Positions 1 through 12,700 of a DNA stretch of 64,000 nucleotides are shown one piece after another. The position numbers were made by a program, and so were the translations under genes. The notes beneath the pieces were generated by a model. It saw only the letters and a list, made by a program, of their open reading frames with translations, had not been told where the DNA came from and did no database searches. The DNA is from Marsupella aquatica (Eukaryota; Plantae; Marchantiophyta). Every line of letters begins with the position of its first letter. Positions within the stretch are counted from its first letter, which is position 1. The stretch is from assembly GCA_973895155.1 (NCBI GenBank), contig OZ316892.1:18280357-18344356 (forward strand). The letters are read 5' to 3'.

Positions 1-229
1 AATGCAAATAAACCAAACCCTAGCTGTTTGGAATTGTTCTTCAAATGTCAAATTTCGGGAGAGAAAAATAAAGAAGTGGAATAGATCAAGGTTTATCATT
101 ATCATACACGCCTGAATAATTTAGCAGGAACCAGGGATCTCCCTCTCGGTCTGTTCTAAGAAGAAATCTGACGGAGGTGATGATGATTCACTTGAGATTC
201 TTCAATGGTGCTATAATTTAATTACGCGC

Positions 230-1716
230 ATGTGTGTTCTGCCAAGTTTAGGGATGCAGTGTTTAGGGTTGGCTTCAAATCCCAGCTATGCAAATACTTG
301 CATTTCCCCGTCCCATCTGAAATGGCTTCGAAATATTGGATCGGAAAGACAATTTCACACGGTATCCAATCGGAGCAGGAGAGATTTACGTTTCAGTCGG
401 GCAGGGGCAGTGCGGGCCTCTGCAAATGGAGATCTTGGTGATGATTTCCAGGAAGCCATGGAAGCCATGGAAGTCCCACATACTCGTGGCATGGCCAGCT
501 CAAAAACGAAGGAGCAGCCTCGAGGGTCGTTGTGGAGAACCCGATCGGTCATCAGCAAGGAGACTGTTCAGGCTGTTCACGAGCTGAAGAGGAACAAGAA
601 TAACCCCGTTGAGCTTGCGAAGGTCTTTCAGACACGGATCCCTCGATTGCTGAAGATGGACCTACTCGCCACCCTTTCGGAACTACAGCGCCAGAACGAG
701 ATCGAACTAGCGCTTCAGGTCCCCCTCTTTCTCCCTTCTCTCTGAGGCCCACGCAGGTCCATTTGGATGTACTCATTCATTCTCTCTAGTGTTGAAAATT
801 GTCTCTCTATAGGGTATTTGGGTCCCTGTGGACTTTAATATTTCATCTATTCGTTCATTCTCTTTAGCCTTTTGCATAGTCACTCTACTCCCCAATTCTC
901 CGTCTGGACTATAAATTTGTCTCCACAGTTTTACACTTCCTCTCTTCGGCCTATTGTTCAGGTGGACCTTAAGTTCATGTAGAATTTCATTCTCTGTAGT
1001 TTTTGAACATTGTTGATCCAATGCAACGATTGGTTCATCGTGGGTATGAAATTCATTGGTACGGGGAATCATTCTCTCGGTAAACCTGTGTCTCTCTTCG
1101 TCTCTTGTTTGGTGACTTCCTCCAGGTCTGCCTTGAATTTCTGGTTTTTGGATGATCCTCCTATATTGTCAGCCCCTTGATTCTACTGCGCCCCCCTCCC
1201 CCCCAGACTCACCCTAAATTTATTGATTCTCTGAAGTTGGATTCTTTGAAACATATCCATATATAGGAACGCCAACCACTGTCGTCTTTGATGGTTAATG
1301 CTTGCAGTAACTGGATATCTGTTCTGCAGGTATTTGATATTGTGCGAAAGGAGATTTGGTACAAACCAGACCAATTTCTGTATCGAGCAATGATGGATGC
1401 ACTGGGAAGGAACCGTCGCATTCCCGAGCTGAAGAAGAAGTTTCTGGAGCTTCAAGATGAGGGCATCAAGCCTGAGGTGCCAATTTACCGAGAACTTGTG
1501 GGGGCTTATGTGCGGTCGCACATGCTGCCTGAGGCCGAGGAGGTGCATGCGAAGATGGTGGAGATTGGTTGTGGTGATGATCCTTTATCCCTCAAGTTTA
1601 TAGAGATTGGTAAAGAGAAAGAGGCTGTGAGGATAAAACAACGGAGAAAAGCTGCAGAGAAGCTAAGGGCTGAACAAGAGGAAGCAGAGAGTGCTCTCAC
1701 TGAAGTGCAAAGTTGA
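230..1716 (+). CDS. Short pentatricopeptide-repeat protein of the THA8/THA8-like family (probable organelle RNA splicing factor); exons 230-718 and 1330-1716
   Basis: Joining ORF 230..745 to ORF 1288..1716 through a GT(719)..AG(1329) intron gives RLLKMDLLATLSELQRQNEIELALQ|VFDIVRKEIWYKPDQFLYRAMMDALGRN, the typical THA8-family signature. The N-terminus looks like a transit peptide. Confidence 0.88.
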
Positions 1717-2329
1717 CTAACAGGAGGAACCACTTTCGAAACGGAGAGGCATTCAATGAGGGACGTGTATCAACTCAGGTCATTCTTGATTATATGTACA
1801 ACGGAATCGCAGTTATCACACTACCTGTGAACCTGATTGGTGGTCAAGGCTACCTTGCAGAGAATTCAATGTTTGTACTCTGGGTTTGGCTGTTCTTCCT
1901 ACTAGGTACAATGTGTTTAATGAAATTGGACGGAGCTGGTGGCAAGCATAATTAGAATTGTGTTTGCACTTAAATCCACTTGTTACTTCGCAAGGCATTT
2001 AGAAAACTTTGACTGCGTAGGAAGCAGCACAAGTCAAAGGAGAAGGCGAGAGTCGAGGGTTTCGTGATTGTTTTGGGGTGTGAGAGGTGAAGCCGTAAAG
2101 GTAGGATGGAGCACAGGATGTCCTAGAGCTAGAGGGGACGACGGCAAGCAAGTTGGTGCGCTGAGCGGGAACAGCAGTTGGGGAGTGTTGGACATGACTG
2201 GTGGGGGCCAACATTAAAACCCTCGACCCACCATCAGTGCCCACACAAAACAAAAGGTGAAGAAAAAGGACCAACAAAACCCCACCTAAACCCCACTCCC
2301 CCAGCTGTTCTATGCCCCTAAATGCACAT

Positions 2330-2840
2330 CTGATAATATATGGTGTACAATGAGTAACACAGTGATTAAACAGAAAGGTGATATTCGGTGTACATTGAGT
2401 AACACTCACTGATAAAACAGAAATTTGATGTGCAATTACTGGATTCGGTAACGCTCCGTGATTAAACAGAATTTTGATGTGCAATTACTGGGACGCCGGG
2501 GACGCCTGTTCTACACCTGTTCTCTGCAACTGCTCGCACACATTGCCTCTCCTTCTCTCCGTGTCCCGAGTCAATTGCTGCCCGTCCTAAAGTCAATGAA
2601 ACGACCTCATGGAAATCTGACAACCTCTACTGTAATTGTTCTTGATATATCCATAATTTGTATCTGACAAGTAGTCGGAGCTCCCACTCTAGTTAAGCGT
2701 GTCCATATGATTCAGTCCTGAGTCAATGAAAGGACCTCTAGGAAATCTGACAAACTCCATTTGTTCGTGATGTATACATAATTGTAAATAACAATCATTC
2801 GGAGCTCCCACTCATGTTTAGTGCGGCCATACGATTCATG
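2330..2840. repeat. Two local duplications: ~50-bp degenerate tandem units (2330-2490) and a ~130-bp direct repeat (~2590-2715 / ~2720-2840)
   Basis: Recurring gtgattaaacagaa...tgatgtgcaattactgg; agtcaatgaaa.gacctc..ggaaatctgacaa...ggagctcccact occurs twice. Confidence 0.7.
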
Positions 2841-3719
2841 AGGATTGTAGTTGGGACCAAGGGTGTTATAGCGCTCCACTTGAGGTCCGACTGCATTTGA
2901 GAATTCTAGTGGGGACCAAATATTTTCGGGAGCTCTACTTGACGTCTACGTGCAAATTGCATTGAACAAGAGTTTATTGGTCTCGGCTCCCTCGGGTGCT
3001 CTCTAACTACAATCAGCTGCGGTCGCCTACAACAAGTGGTCTCTTCGTGTCCATGGCCAGACACATTCACTTAAGAGCGTCAGTATGTTTTTGTCCAAAC
3101 CTTTTGGTTTCAAATGGAGAATGACCAGACACATCGGGTTGATGAACCTTGGACGAGGACAAATTTCATTTGATAGCACAAACATCATTCAACAGTTCCT
3201 CCTCAATGGGCACAATTTTCAGGAACCTTAAACCAGGTCAAAAATGGTGTGAACACCTCTGCTATACGACATTTAATTTGCACCTAGTACCACAAGTGGA
3301 TCCGGTGCTCAAAATTGTGAAGGACAAAACATACGAGGTGCTCGGTCTCTGCCTCAGCTATATACACCCGGAGCTAGACATGGATGTTTCGAAATCTACA
3401 AGGCACCTCTGCCATTTCTCCTGTATGCGGATCAAAAACATTTCTGCACTCTCCTCCCTTGCTGGAAGAGGTCAGTGACAAACAGGACTGGGGGATGTCT
3501 CCTGCTTATCGTACACCTGGAAGTGTCATTCTGAACCAAGAGCCTGAATAGCCCACTGCTTCGATTGGAGACAATAGTATGATGTGAAACTCCAAAACCG
3601 GCAAAAATTGAGGCGGAGGAGGACCCACGATTTGATAAGCAGAAGCTACGACCAATCATCGTCCACAGATTCGATGTTCTTGCTACTTCTACACTGCTCT
3701 CTTGTTGTCCGCAACTCCA

Positions 3720-6700
3720 TTACGGTTTCCTTGAAATGAATGCAGTCACATATAAGTCTTCAAGAGGTGGAGTCTTCTTTGCTGCTAACGTCTTGAGGCA
3801 CTTATGGTAGGAAAAATCATCCTCAGTGCCATCGGTGCGCACCAGAAAAAAACACTTTGTCGGCCTGTCACTTGGCCTTGATGCTTTATACAACGCGACC
3901 TGTTTCAAGTGACATCGCCGCCAAGAATCAAAATCAATAACATTGGCAGATTACACGGTCATAGGCAGATTTCTTTCGGTCCGTCGACGTCCCTGGTTGC
4001 CTTAAAAACAGTCTCCTGAATTCAAAAGAAAGACGGACATTTTCAAGGTAAAGAAAGACGGGGACATGGACACTCCAATCAAATTCACATCCTTTCAGTC
4101 AAATTACCTTGAAGTAGTCCACCCCGCATCCAACCTTTGCCGCACAACTTGGATGATGCTGCAGAACTTGCGTCATAAGCATCTGATGGACCTCACCTTC
4201 CAATCTTTGTTCCGGCTCATAGCTGATATGAATGACAACAACCACGACTCATCAGAATAAATGCCTTCTGCACAAAGATCCTGTTGGCGAATGAGAAGCT
4301 GGCCTGAATCCTGGCCATATGTAAACTTTCTAAATGACCTAATCCTGGCCTGAATTTAGGAAACTCCTCGCCGGGATTAGATCAGTTACAAAGAGTCTCC
4401 GATTTAGGAGCCTTACGGATCGACATACAGCAGACAGCAGCATGATACTGGAAATCAATATGATAAACCAAGCATATCAAGCAAGTATTTGAAAACTTGT
4501 CCCACCAGTTACATAAAACAGTTCACAGATCTACCAACTTTAGTGTTAATACGAATACAATTTAGTCAGAATACGTACGTTTGAAGAACATTTCTCACAA
4601 AACGGACAGTTTCGACGATCTCTTCCCAATCCTTGGAATCTTTTCGATCGTCTAACCTCCTTGGGGTCATTCCATTACTAGCTCTCCCTAAACCATAACT
4701 CCCATTTCCATCTTTTTGCCAACCTCTGGGCGACCACCCACGGGTTCCTTCACTCCTGTGAACAGCTGGAGAATGGAGATTTCCAGCACTGGTTGGCCTG
4801 TCAAGAGGGGCCCAGCCTGAATCAGTTCCACCTTCTTGCACTGCTGTTAGAGTCCACCCATCAGAAGCCGGTTCAACATCATCCCAGCCTGATGTCGGGA
4901 TAGAACCCGGGTTTGATTCCTTATCTTCCCAACCCGACTCAGGTATTTCCCCACCTGTGCCACCATCACTGACTCCAACAACTAGAGAATCCAGGGACAT
5001 TGGAGCGGGTGATGCATTAACACTGTCAGAACCTGCACCCACAACCTTAGGCCCGAAATGTCTGATTTTTCCGAGCGGCATAGTATTCGCTCCAGTTGGC
5101 TTGAACACTCTTGGTTCATCTCTTCGTGACGGACGACCACTTGACTCCCTCCCCGACTTGTCGCGAAAAGAGTCGGGAGATTGCCCAATGTCACCATCAG
5201 ACCTTGGCATGTCCTCAGGAACACTAAACCAGGCTCCTGTTCCTCGTGCATCCGAAAGTGGTTCATCAATACCCCAACCATCAATTGCCACAGGATTTGC
5301 CTCCCATGCTATATCGTTGTTGTGCTCTTTATCGGTCGCAATGGCTGAGCCCCACCCATGCATTGCCTCTACCGTTGCTTGACCACTGGCAACAGGGACA
5401 GTCTCTAAAGTTTGTCCGTCAGCAGCATCCCAACCTCCAGCGCCTAAATCTTCTGCTGGTGCTGCATCAGCCCACCCACTTTCATCAACCGCAATCGGAG
5501 CTTCCCAACCTCCAGCCGTGTTCTTCACAGGGGAGTCAGCCCAACCATTTGCTTGACCTTGCGATGATGATCCACCCCACCCGCCTTCTTCTAGGTCTGT
5601 TCTATTGGCTGCGACTTCCGGTCCATTACCCCAATCTCCAGGACCTGCGGGAGATGTCATCCACTCTCCTCCACTTGCATTTGCAGCACCCCATTCATTC
5701 GGGTCTCTGTCAACATGGCCTTCATTTGCAGCAATTGGAGTCTCTGGGAACTCCTCCTTGATTTTACTGTTTAGGTTTCCTAAGAAGTCAAAGATATCCA
5801 CCGACTGCACGGGTAGCTGCGTGTTGTCCAATATTACCTGACAACCAAAGAACATAAAGCTGAGCAACTTACACAGAATGCCAAAGAAAGACAGATATAC
5901 GAGAGAGCAGAGGTTATATGATAGATCACCATCTGTTAGAATTCACTATCGACAGAAGTGCTGTTGACAATTGCTGCTAACGACCCAACCTGCTAAGTTG
6001 CTTTTATGCTACGTACCTTCGGTTGCAGTTGCAAACTGAAGTCTGCTCCGGTTCCAACCGGCACCCTCTTCCCAAAAATTGAAGATGCCAAAACTCCACT
6101 AAGAATCTCTTCGTCACCCTTCTCTCCAGCCTCCATAAAGGTCTTAATCGGTGCCTGATGATCCGAGACAGTTCGAAAGTCAGGAATAGCTCATCGTTTC
6201 GAACAGATGAAGCTCCGGCAACGTCCAGAACGCAGCCTCACATACAGGACATACAACGACATTCAGGTAGCGGAAGATACTTACTCGAAAAGCACCAGCT
6301 GTAAAAGGGGCGGACGTCTTAAGGCTTCGCATCAGATCTCTGTAGCCAAAAGGAGTGATCCCATTGACTTCGCCCGAATGTACCATCAGGTCCGACACCA
6401 GTTTTAAATGAGTACTACTTACGGAACTTCCTCCTGCTTTGGTGGCTAAGGTAAGCCTCTGATAACAAATGAATCAATATCCACATCAGTTTTCCTGAAT
6501 TTAGCTGCACTAAAAATCTACAAGCATTTGCCAAAGATGTACCCCATGCATATCCTCCATCAAAAAGTCCCAACGTTAGAATGATCACAAACCACATTTT
6601 CAGTTTCAATGAGTCCACCTGTAAGATACAATCACGGGCTGCTTCCACTCCAAGGGAATGTCGAACTTCCTGCGGACTGTACGGAGAACTTCTTTTCCAA

Positions 6701-9700
6701 TCTATACTGTCAATAAGAGCACATGCTTCTTTCATGATACTCCAAGGCGAGCCCCTGCTGGTACTGAGCTTTTCCTGAACAACGACTTCCACCACCAGCT
6801 CTCCATTCGGATTAGCCGGTATACGTTCACCATCATCTGAAAGTCCACACGGAGACCATGCAGCATCCTCCCAAACTAACTTAGCAGACTCAATGCGCTC
6901 ATCACCTGTCAGAACAATGAATTCATTAGTTTGATACACTACCAGGAAAACCGAAAGTTACCGATCATAGTAGACGAGTTTACTAGAGAGAAGTTCTTGA
7001 CCCGCAGAACAGACAAATCACTGAAGAAACAACCATCCCTTTGTTGAAAATTGCAAGCAGAAGAACTCCATGGCGAAGGATTGGTATTGAACAATTTGTA
7101 AGCACTCTTAAGTCAAGATATATCTGCTAGATCTGCAGAGAATACCGGTTGGGACATTATCCGCAGTATGAACCAACCATTCCACACTTACCCCCTGAGA
7201 CAGATAGCTAAAGAGCCACCACATGGACTCCAACAACAAGAGCCCTTTACATGTTTAGTGTGACATGAAGATGAACTCCATATTTGTGACACCAAAGAAC
7301 TGGATGAACGATTCCTTTCTCACACAAGAATCTAAAGAAGCTGAAGCCAACTTCCGAGCCAAGATAAAAAGGGTGTTAGAGTTTCCATTGTTCGTCAACA
7401 CGAGTACACGACTGGGCTCCTGCCCTCTGGAAAGGTAGTGTCATGTTTAGTGTGATGAGATGAAAAATTCTCACCGACATAAGTTGCCTACAAATGATAG
7501 ACCACTTCCAACTGAGAATATGTGCTAAAACATTACGGATCACCTGCTCACCTTTTACTGTAGTTTTGAGGATGAGTGGCATCATGACATCCCGCAATGC
7601 GTCCACAAATTCCAAAATTTTCTTGTTGGAACTTTTAGCCAACCTCTTCGAAGTTTTTTTGGATTTTAAAGTGGCCGAAAAATACAGACAGGGCCCAGAT
7701 TCATTGCTGATGCGTGCTCCCATGCAATTGCAACCAGCTCTGAAAAATACAACAAGACTGTAAACTTAGTACGCAAAGATAAGAGCATGGGAAACAATTT
7801 TACAGGCTTGGGTTGCAGCACGAAGAGTTTCTTCAACTTTATCAACTTCTCACCATTACATTCAGTTCAAACAAGTGCACGCTGATTTTTATTTCAGAGA
7901 AATCAGCTCCTAGTCTTGAGATTATTTTCCAATAGAAGAACAGGGCACGGGGCGAGGAGAAAACCGGCTGAAAAATATTGGATTTCCCAGGTAGTTACTG
8001 CCCATGATTTTGGAATAACTCTTGGTCTTGAATGCAGCCTCCAGCACACTCGCAACTCGCTCCATTTTTAGATTGATCTGAAATAGAGCTTTCTGCCGTT
8101 ATCGAAGAAGCGAGTTCGACATGTCAGAAAGATCAACAATAAATGAGGATAATGTCAATCTTCACCACGTTATTATTCAGTGATGATCACATATAAGGTT
8201 GGGGCCATCCTTACGACGATTAAAAATAGTCGGCATATTGCATCGTAGAGGAGTCAATGGACACAAACGTTGCATTGCCAATGCATACATCATTAAGGAA
8301 CAGTTTCTCACTTTATCGAACTGAATATGTCCCACCCAAGGTAGTCGCAGTTTCAACCCATCCGCGATGCATTGGCTCCATTCTGGGGAATTTTCTGGTA
8401 CGTATCTAATGTGACACGAATCCAACAATTAGACAACTGGACCTAGTGAACAAAAGCAAGGTTTTGCTTACAATCGGTATCAAAGAGTCTATACAATTAG
8501 GTCCGTCCAGCAATGATCTCTCTAGCATTGTCTACCTCCATAGCTAGCAGAGAATGACGACATCTACTTACGCCAAGGTCAACCTCGTCTACGGGAATTC
8601 GACACATTCCAAGTACTTGTAATAATACTACAACTATCACAAAAGCTTGCGGCCAAGGGAGAGGCACATACTCTATTGACATCGCTTTGGCGACCATGTC
8701 AATCGACACAGGTTGTAATTCATCTTGTATCCGTAAAGCACGCTTCTCTTCGCAGAAATTAGTATTGCATCGGCAAGGTTTCAGTCGAAGTATGTTACGA
8801 CGATCTGAAGCCTTCAACTTTCCACCGCTTCGGGGAAATATTGTATCCTGCAGTTAGGAAAGTAGATAAGCATAGTACATATGAAATGCCGAGATAACAA
8901 AATTCTACCTGTAACAGGCAAATGGGATGATTCAAGAATTTAACTACCTGTAAAAGTGCCAATGGGCGAATCTTCTTTGATCCAACGTTATGACCTGCGT
9001 CCATCATGACCTGGTAGGCAGGTTGAGCGATGGCGGTAGCAGCCAAAATTCCCACTGCTTCACCTGGCAGAACAGTCTCCTTCCCTGCTGTAGTATCGTC
9101 GGACTTTGACTTGTTGGCACCATCATACGAAAACTGAATAATCTCTAATCCACATTTATTTCGGACTGTTCCATCGTAAGCAACGTGAACGTCTCGTAGA
9201 AACAGCATGAGTTTCTTAAAGAGTTCTCCTGGCTCGGCTACCTCTACACTCTTTCGGAGCAAATCTGCCCTCACGGCTATCGAATGGACATAAAACTCCA
9301 ATGGATTCAAGCCATCAAGTAAGGAACTCCTGACTAGGCCTCGGGCCTCCCACCTTGCTTCACAGGACATTGAAGCTGCAAGACTGATCAGTTTTGCGTT
9401 ATCCGTTATATTTAACAGATGTTCGCTTTTGTCCAGCTGCAAGCCTAGACTCCCAATTTGCTGAAGGACCTTTGAAAGGGAACCCTTGCTACCAGAGCGA
9501 ACCATTGCTAACAACTGATTTTCGTCACTTATTTTCGATCCAAACTCTTCCCCAATCTCGGAGAATTGCTGTTGAAAAAATGCCACAGCAATATCTTCCA
9601 GACCTTCCGGATATTTTAGGTCTCCTGTGGATCCCATATCCATGTCTGATTGAATGGCATCTAGTTTTTGGAACTTCTCATCAAAAATGAGCTCCTTATT

Positions 9701-12700
9701 AACTGCCATGTTTTGGGAATAATTAACACTGTCCATCAGCTCTTCAATCATCGTTTTCCGTGACTTTTCATCAGGAGCCACATAGAAATCTTTTAAACTC
9801 ACACTAAACCCACGGGAAAGTAGCCACTCGCGTAACGCAGACTGAGAGCAATCCAAGTGACCCACTGCTGCATATGGACTGTACTGGGCAAGAGAACGCA
9901 TTAGTCCATTCGGATTAGTTAGCCAGTTCCTTCTACTGTATGACACCAATTCCCCGTCTCGGATGTCAACAGCACCATCATTACTGCTGATGGAGAAACC
10001 CTCCGGGATCGTCAGGTCAATGACCTGTTTGCCTGTCCACATGGGACCTCTTGCTGACTTCAAAATCGCAGGAATGGGGAATCTTCTTGTGCTCCAAATC
10101 GCCATTTGGTACATTTCCTCCTTGTTTAAAAAGACAGGAGAGGCAGTCAGCAAATGTGTGGCCAGAATATTATCTTGTGACATGCCTATTATGGTTTCCC
10201 CATCTGGTGAGGGCAAAAGCTGCTCCGGTAATATCATCAACTGGTGCAGCTCCGCTTTAGCCTCTTCAGACTGAGGTACGAAGACATGCAGGCAGTCACC
10301 ATCAAAATCGCCATGAAGAGGGGCACATACTGATGGGTTGATAGTAAAGACGCCGAGGTCCTGAATCTGTACCTTCAGAGCTAGCAGGGAATGCTTATGA
10401 AGCGAAGGGGGTCGATTAACATACACCAAATCTCCATCCTTGATATGACGATGGACAATATCGCCAATCTGGAGCCCATGGCTTGTTTTTCTGGTCACTT
10501 CTAATCGCTCTGATCCTCTGACCAGCCTCAAGGCTCCACAAGCCCTGTACCGTCCGAGAAGTGATTGTCCATTGTTTACATATTCCTGCAGCTTGTCGAT
10601 ATTCAACTTGTTTACCCGTTCAGGGATAGTCACGTGTTTTGCAATTTGCTGAGGAATTCCAATTTCCTCAACTCCTAGATAAGGATCACCAGTAACTACA
10701 TTTCGGGCCGAGTAACCACCTCGTTTCCCGAGCACATGTTTCTTCAGCCAGTCCAAACTCCATCTGCTATCCTTTTTCTGAACTCGGCCACCGTGATCTA
10801 TTCTTTTCTTTTCCTTCCCGGGAACAGCCTGCAGTCACCAACGATGGCCAGTTTAACAATCTCAGAAGTCCAATGAGCTGGACTGCAACTACCATATACG
10901 ATCACCTTCACCCATTTCAGGTCAGTCAAGGTCCGGCCCAAATTTCAATAAAGCATATACACCTAGATTGACATCAAAAGTGCAGTACAGGATACACAAG
11001 CTCATTCACCGAAAGCCATCTCGCAAATCTTCTGGCAAATTCCACAAAAACTGGCAAAGCTAACTTAGCTTTACGATGCAGGAGTGCTGATTATACACAA
11101 TCGAAAGGAAAGAGATCGAGAATCAGAAAATATCTCGGGATGTATTTCACCTTTGGGGCACCCTTTTCTCGGAGGTACTGTCCAAATAAGGACTGCAATG
11201 CGCTGCTCTCAATACTTGCAGCTTGGAACGATGGCTCGCCAAACCTCGACTTCCTAATCGCATTGATTTTGTTAAGGAGTTTGTTGAAGATCAATGTGGC
11301 TCGATCACTCTGCGATCCACAAACACGAGCGCATCACCCCGGACATCAGTTCGGTTACATAATTCATTCAATGCAGACCCGTCCTCAAGGAATTGTACGA
11401 AACACACGCTGCAGCATATCACACCTTACACGTGCTATTCAGCCTCAAGGACATTATGTGCTGATCACGACAATCATCAGGACAGTGTGAACGAAACAGA
11501 GCCTCTACAAAATCGATGCGAATCCTCTCAAAATGCAACTTCTACAATTCTATTTAGCATAGCCTGGTACAAGATCACTGGGTACAGTCTCCCAACAATC
11601 TGTTGGCAGTCCAAACTATTTAGTAACGCCAGGCCCTTCGTCATTGCTGGGCTACCTTGGTCCCATTCAAAGCGAAGCCAAGCCAGCATTAATTTCACTG
11701 TAATGACAAGCTCGGTGCACGGTCGTGAATTAACCAGCCAACTGGTAAAGACGCTTTGTGATCAGCTCTACTACAAACTTACCCCTTGCTTAAAGCTGAC
11801 GTTTGTGATGTCAAACACGTCGTCTCGTATTCTTGAGCAATTCGGAGGTACTGGCACGCACTCAAGAATGAGAGCTTCAGGGCGAGCCACTTCCGGATGC
11901 ATGCCGAGATTGGTCATAGCAGACTCCGGGACTTTCTTCAGTATTTTTAGGGCCTGAATTGCACTACACAAACATTAGCCCAATTCTTTGTACTGCCATC
12001 TCAATTTCATGTACACAGCAGATATTTAAAAAAAAACCAAGTAGTACTGGCCAATCGAATATAAACACGGCTAAGTTCCAGAAAAGTTTGATTTAATGAA
12101 AATTATGCCACCTGAACTTGTCCAACGATCACTGAAGAAAGAGGCGCACGCTTTTCCAGGAAGTGTTCAAAAGATCACCTCAAACGGTAGCAGAGATCGA
12201 GTCCTCTCAACACAGCTATCACTAGCGGAGACCTTTCCGTCCACAAAGCTCCAAAAGCCAGGGGCCACACTGTCAAGGTCATCATTTTTCTTGGTTTTAA
12301 TTTCCATTTTTATACCCTTAGACACGTGTTTCTCTTTGCCTTTCTCTATGACCTCCATCTTCAGTAGCACCTCTGGGTATCGATCGGGATGAGCACCCTA
12401 CAAAGCACAGCAGTGAATTACCTCAGCCACAGCGAAACAAGCTCAAAAACTTGGTATAAGTTTGCTCTAAGATAGAAACTGTGAAATCAGGGTAAGCTTT
12501 AGAATTGCTAGTATTTCTTACCGAACAGTACTTGCATCGTCCACGTCTAGACTTGGATTTTTGTACTACAGGCTTAGCATGACACACATCCACAATAGTT
12601 ACTCCGTTGGGCTGTGAACCTTTACCCTGCAATGGTCAGCCCGGACAGTGTCACAATTAGAGTTGACACTGGGTCATTGAAGGTGAGAGGACAGCATCAA

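Noticed and set aside
11223-11957. 244-aa plus-strand ORF
   Set aside because: It is antisense to polymerase exons and an intron, has a non-ATG start and no recognisable motif; probably a chance frame.
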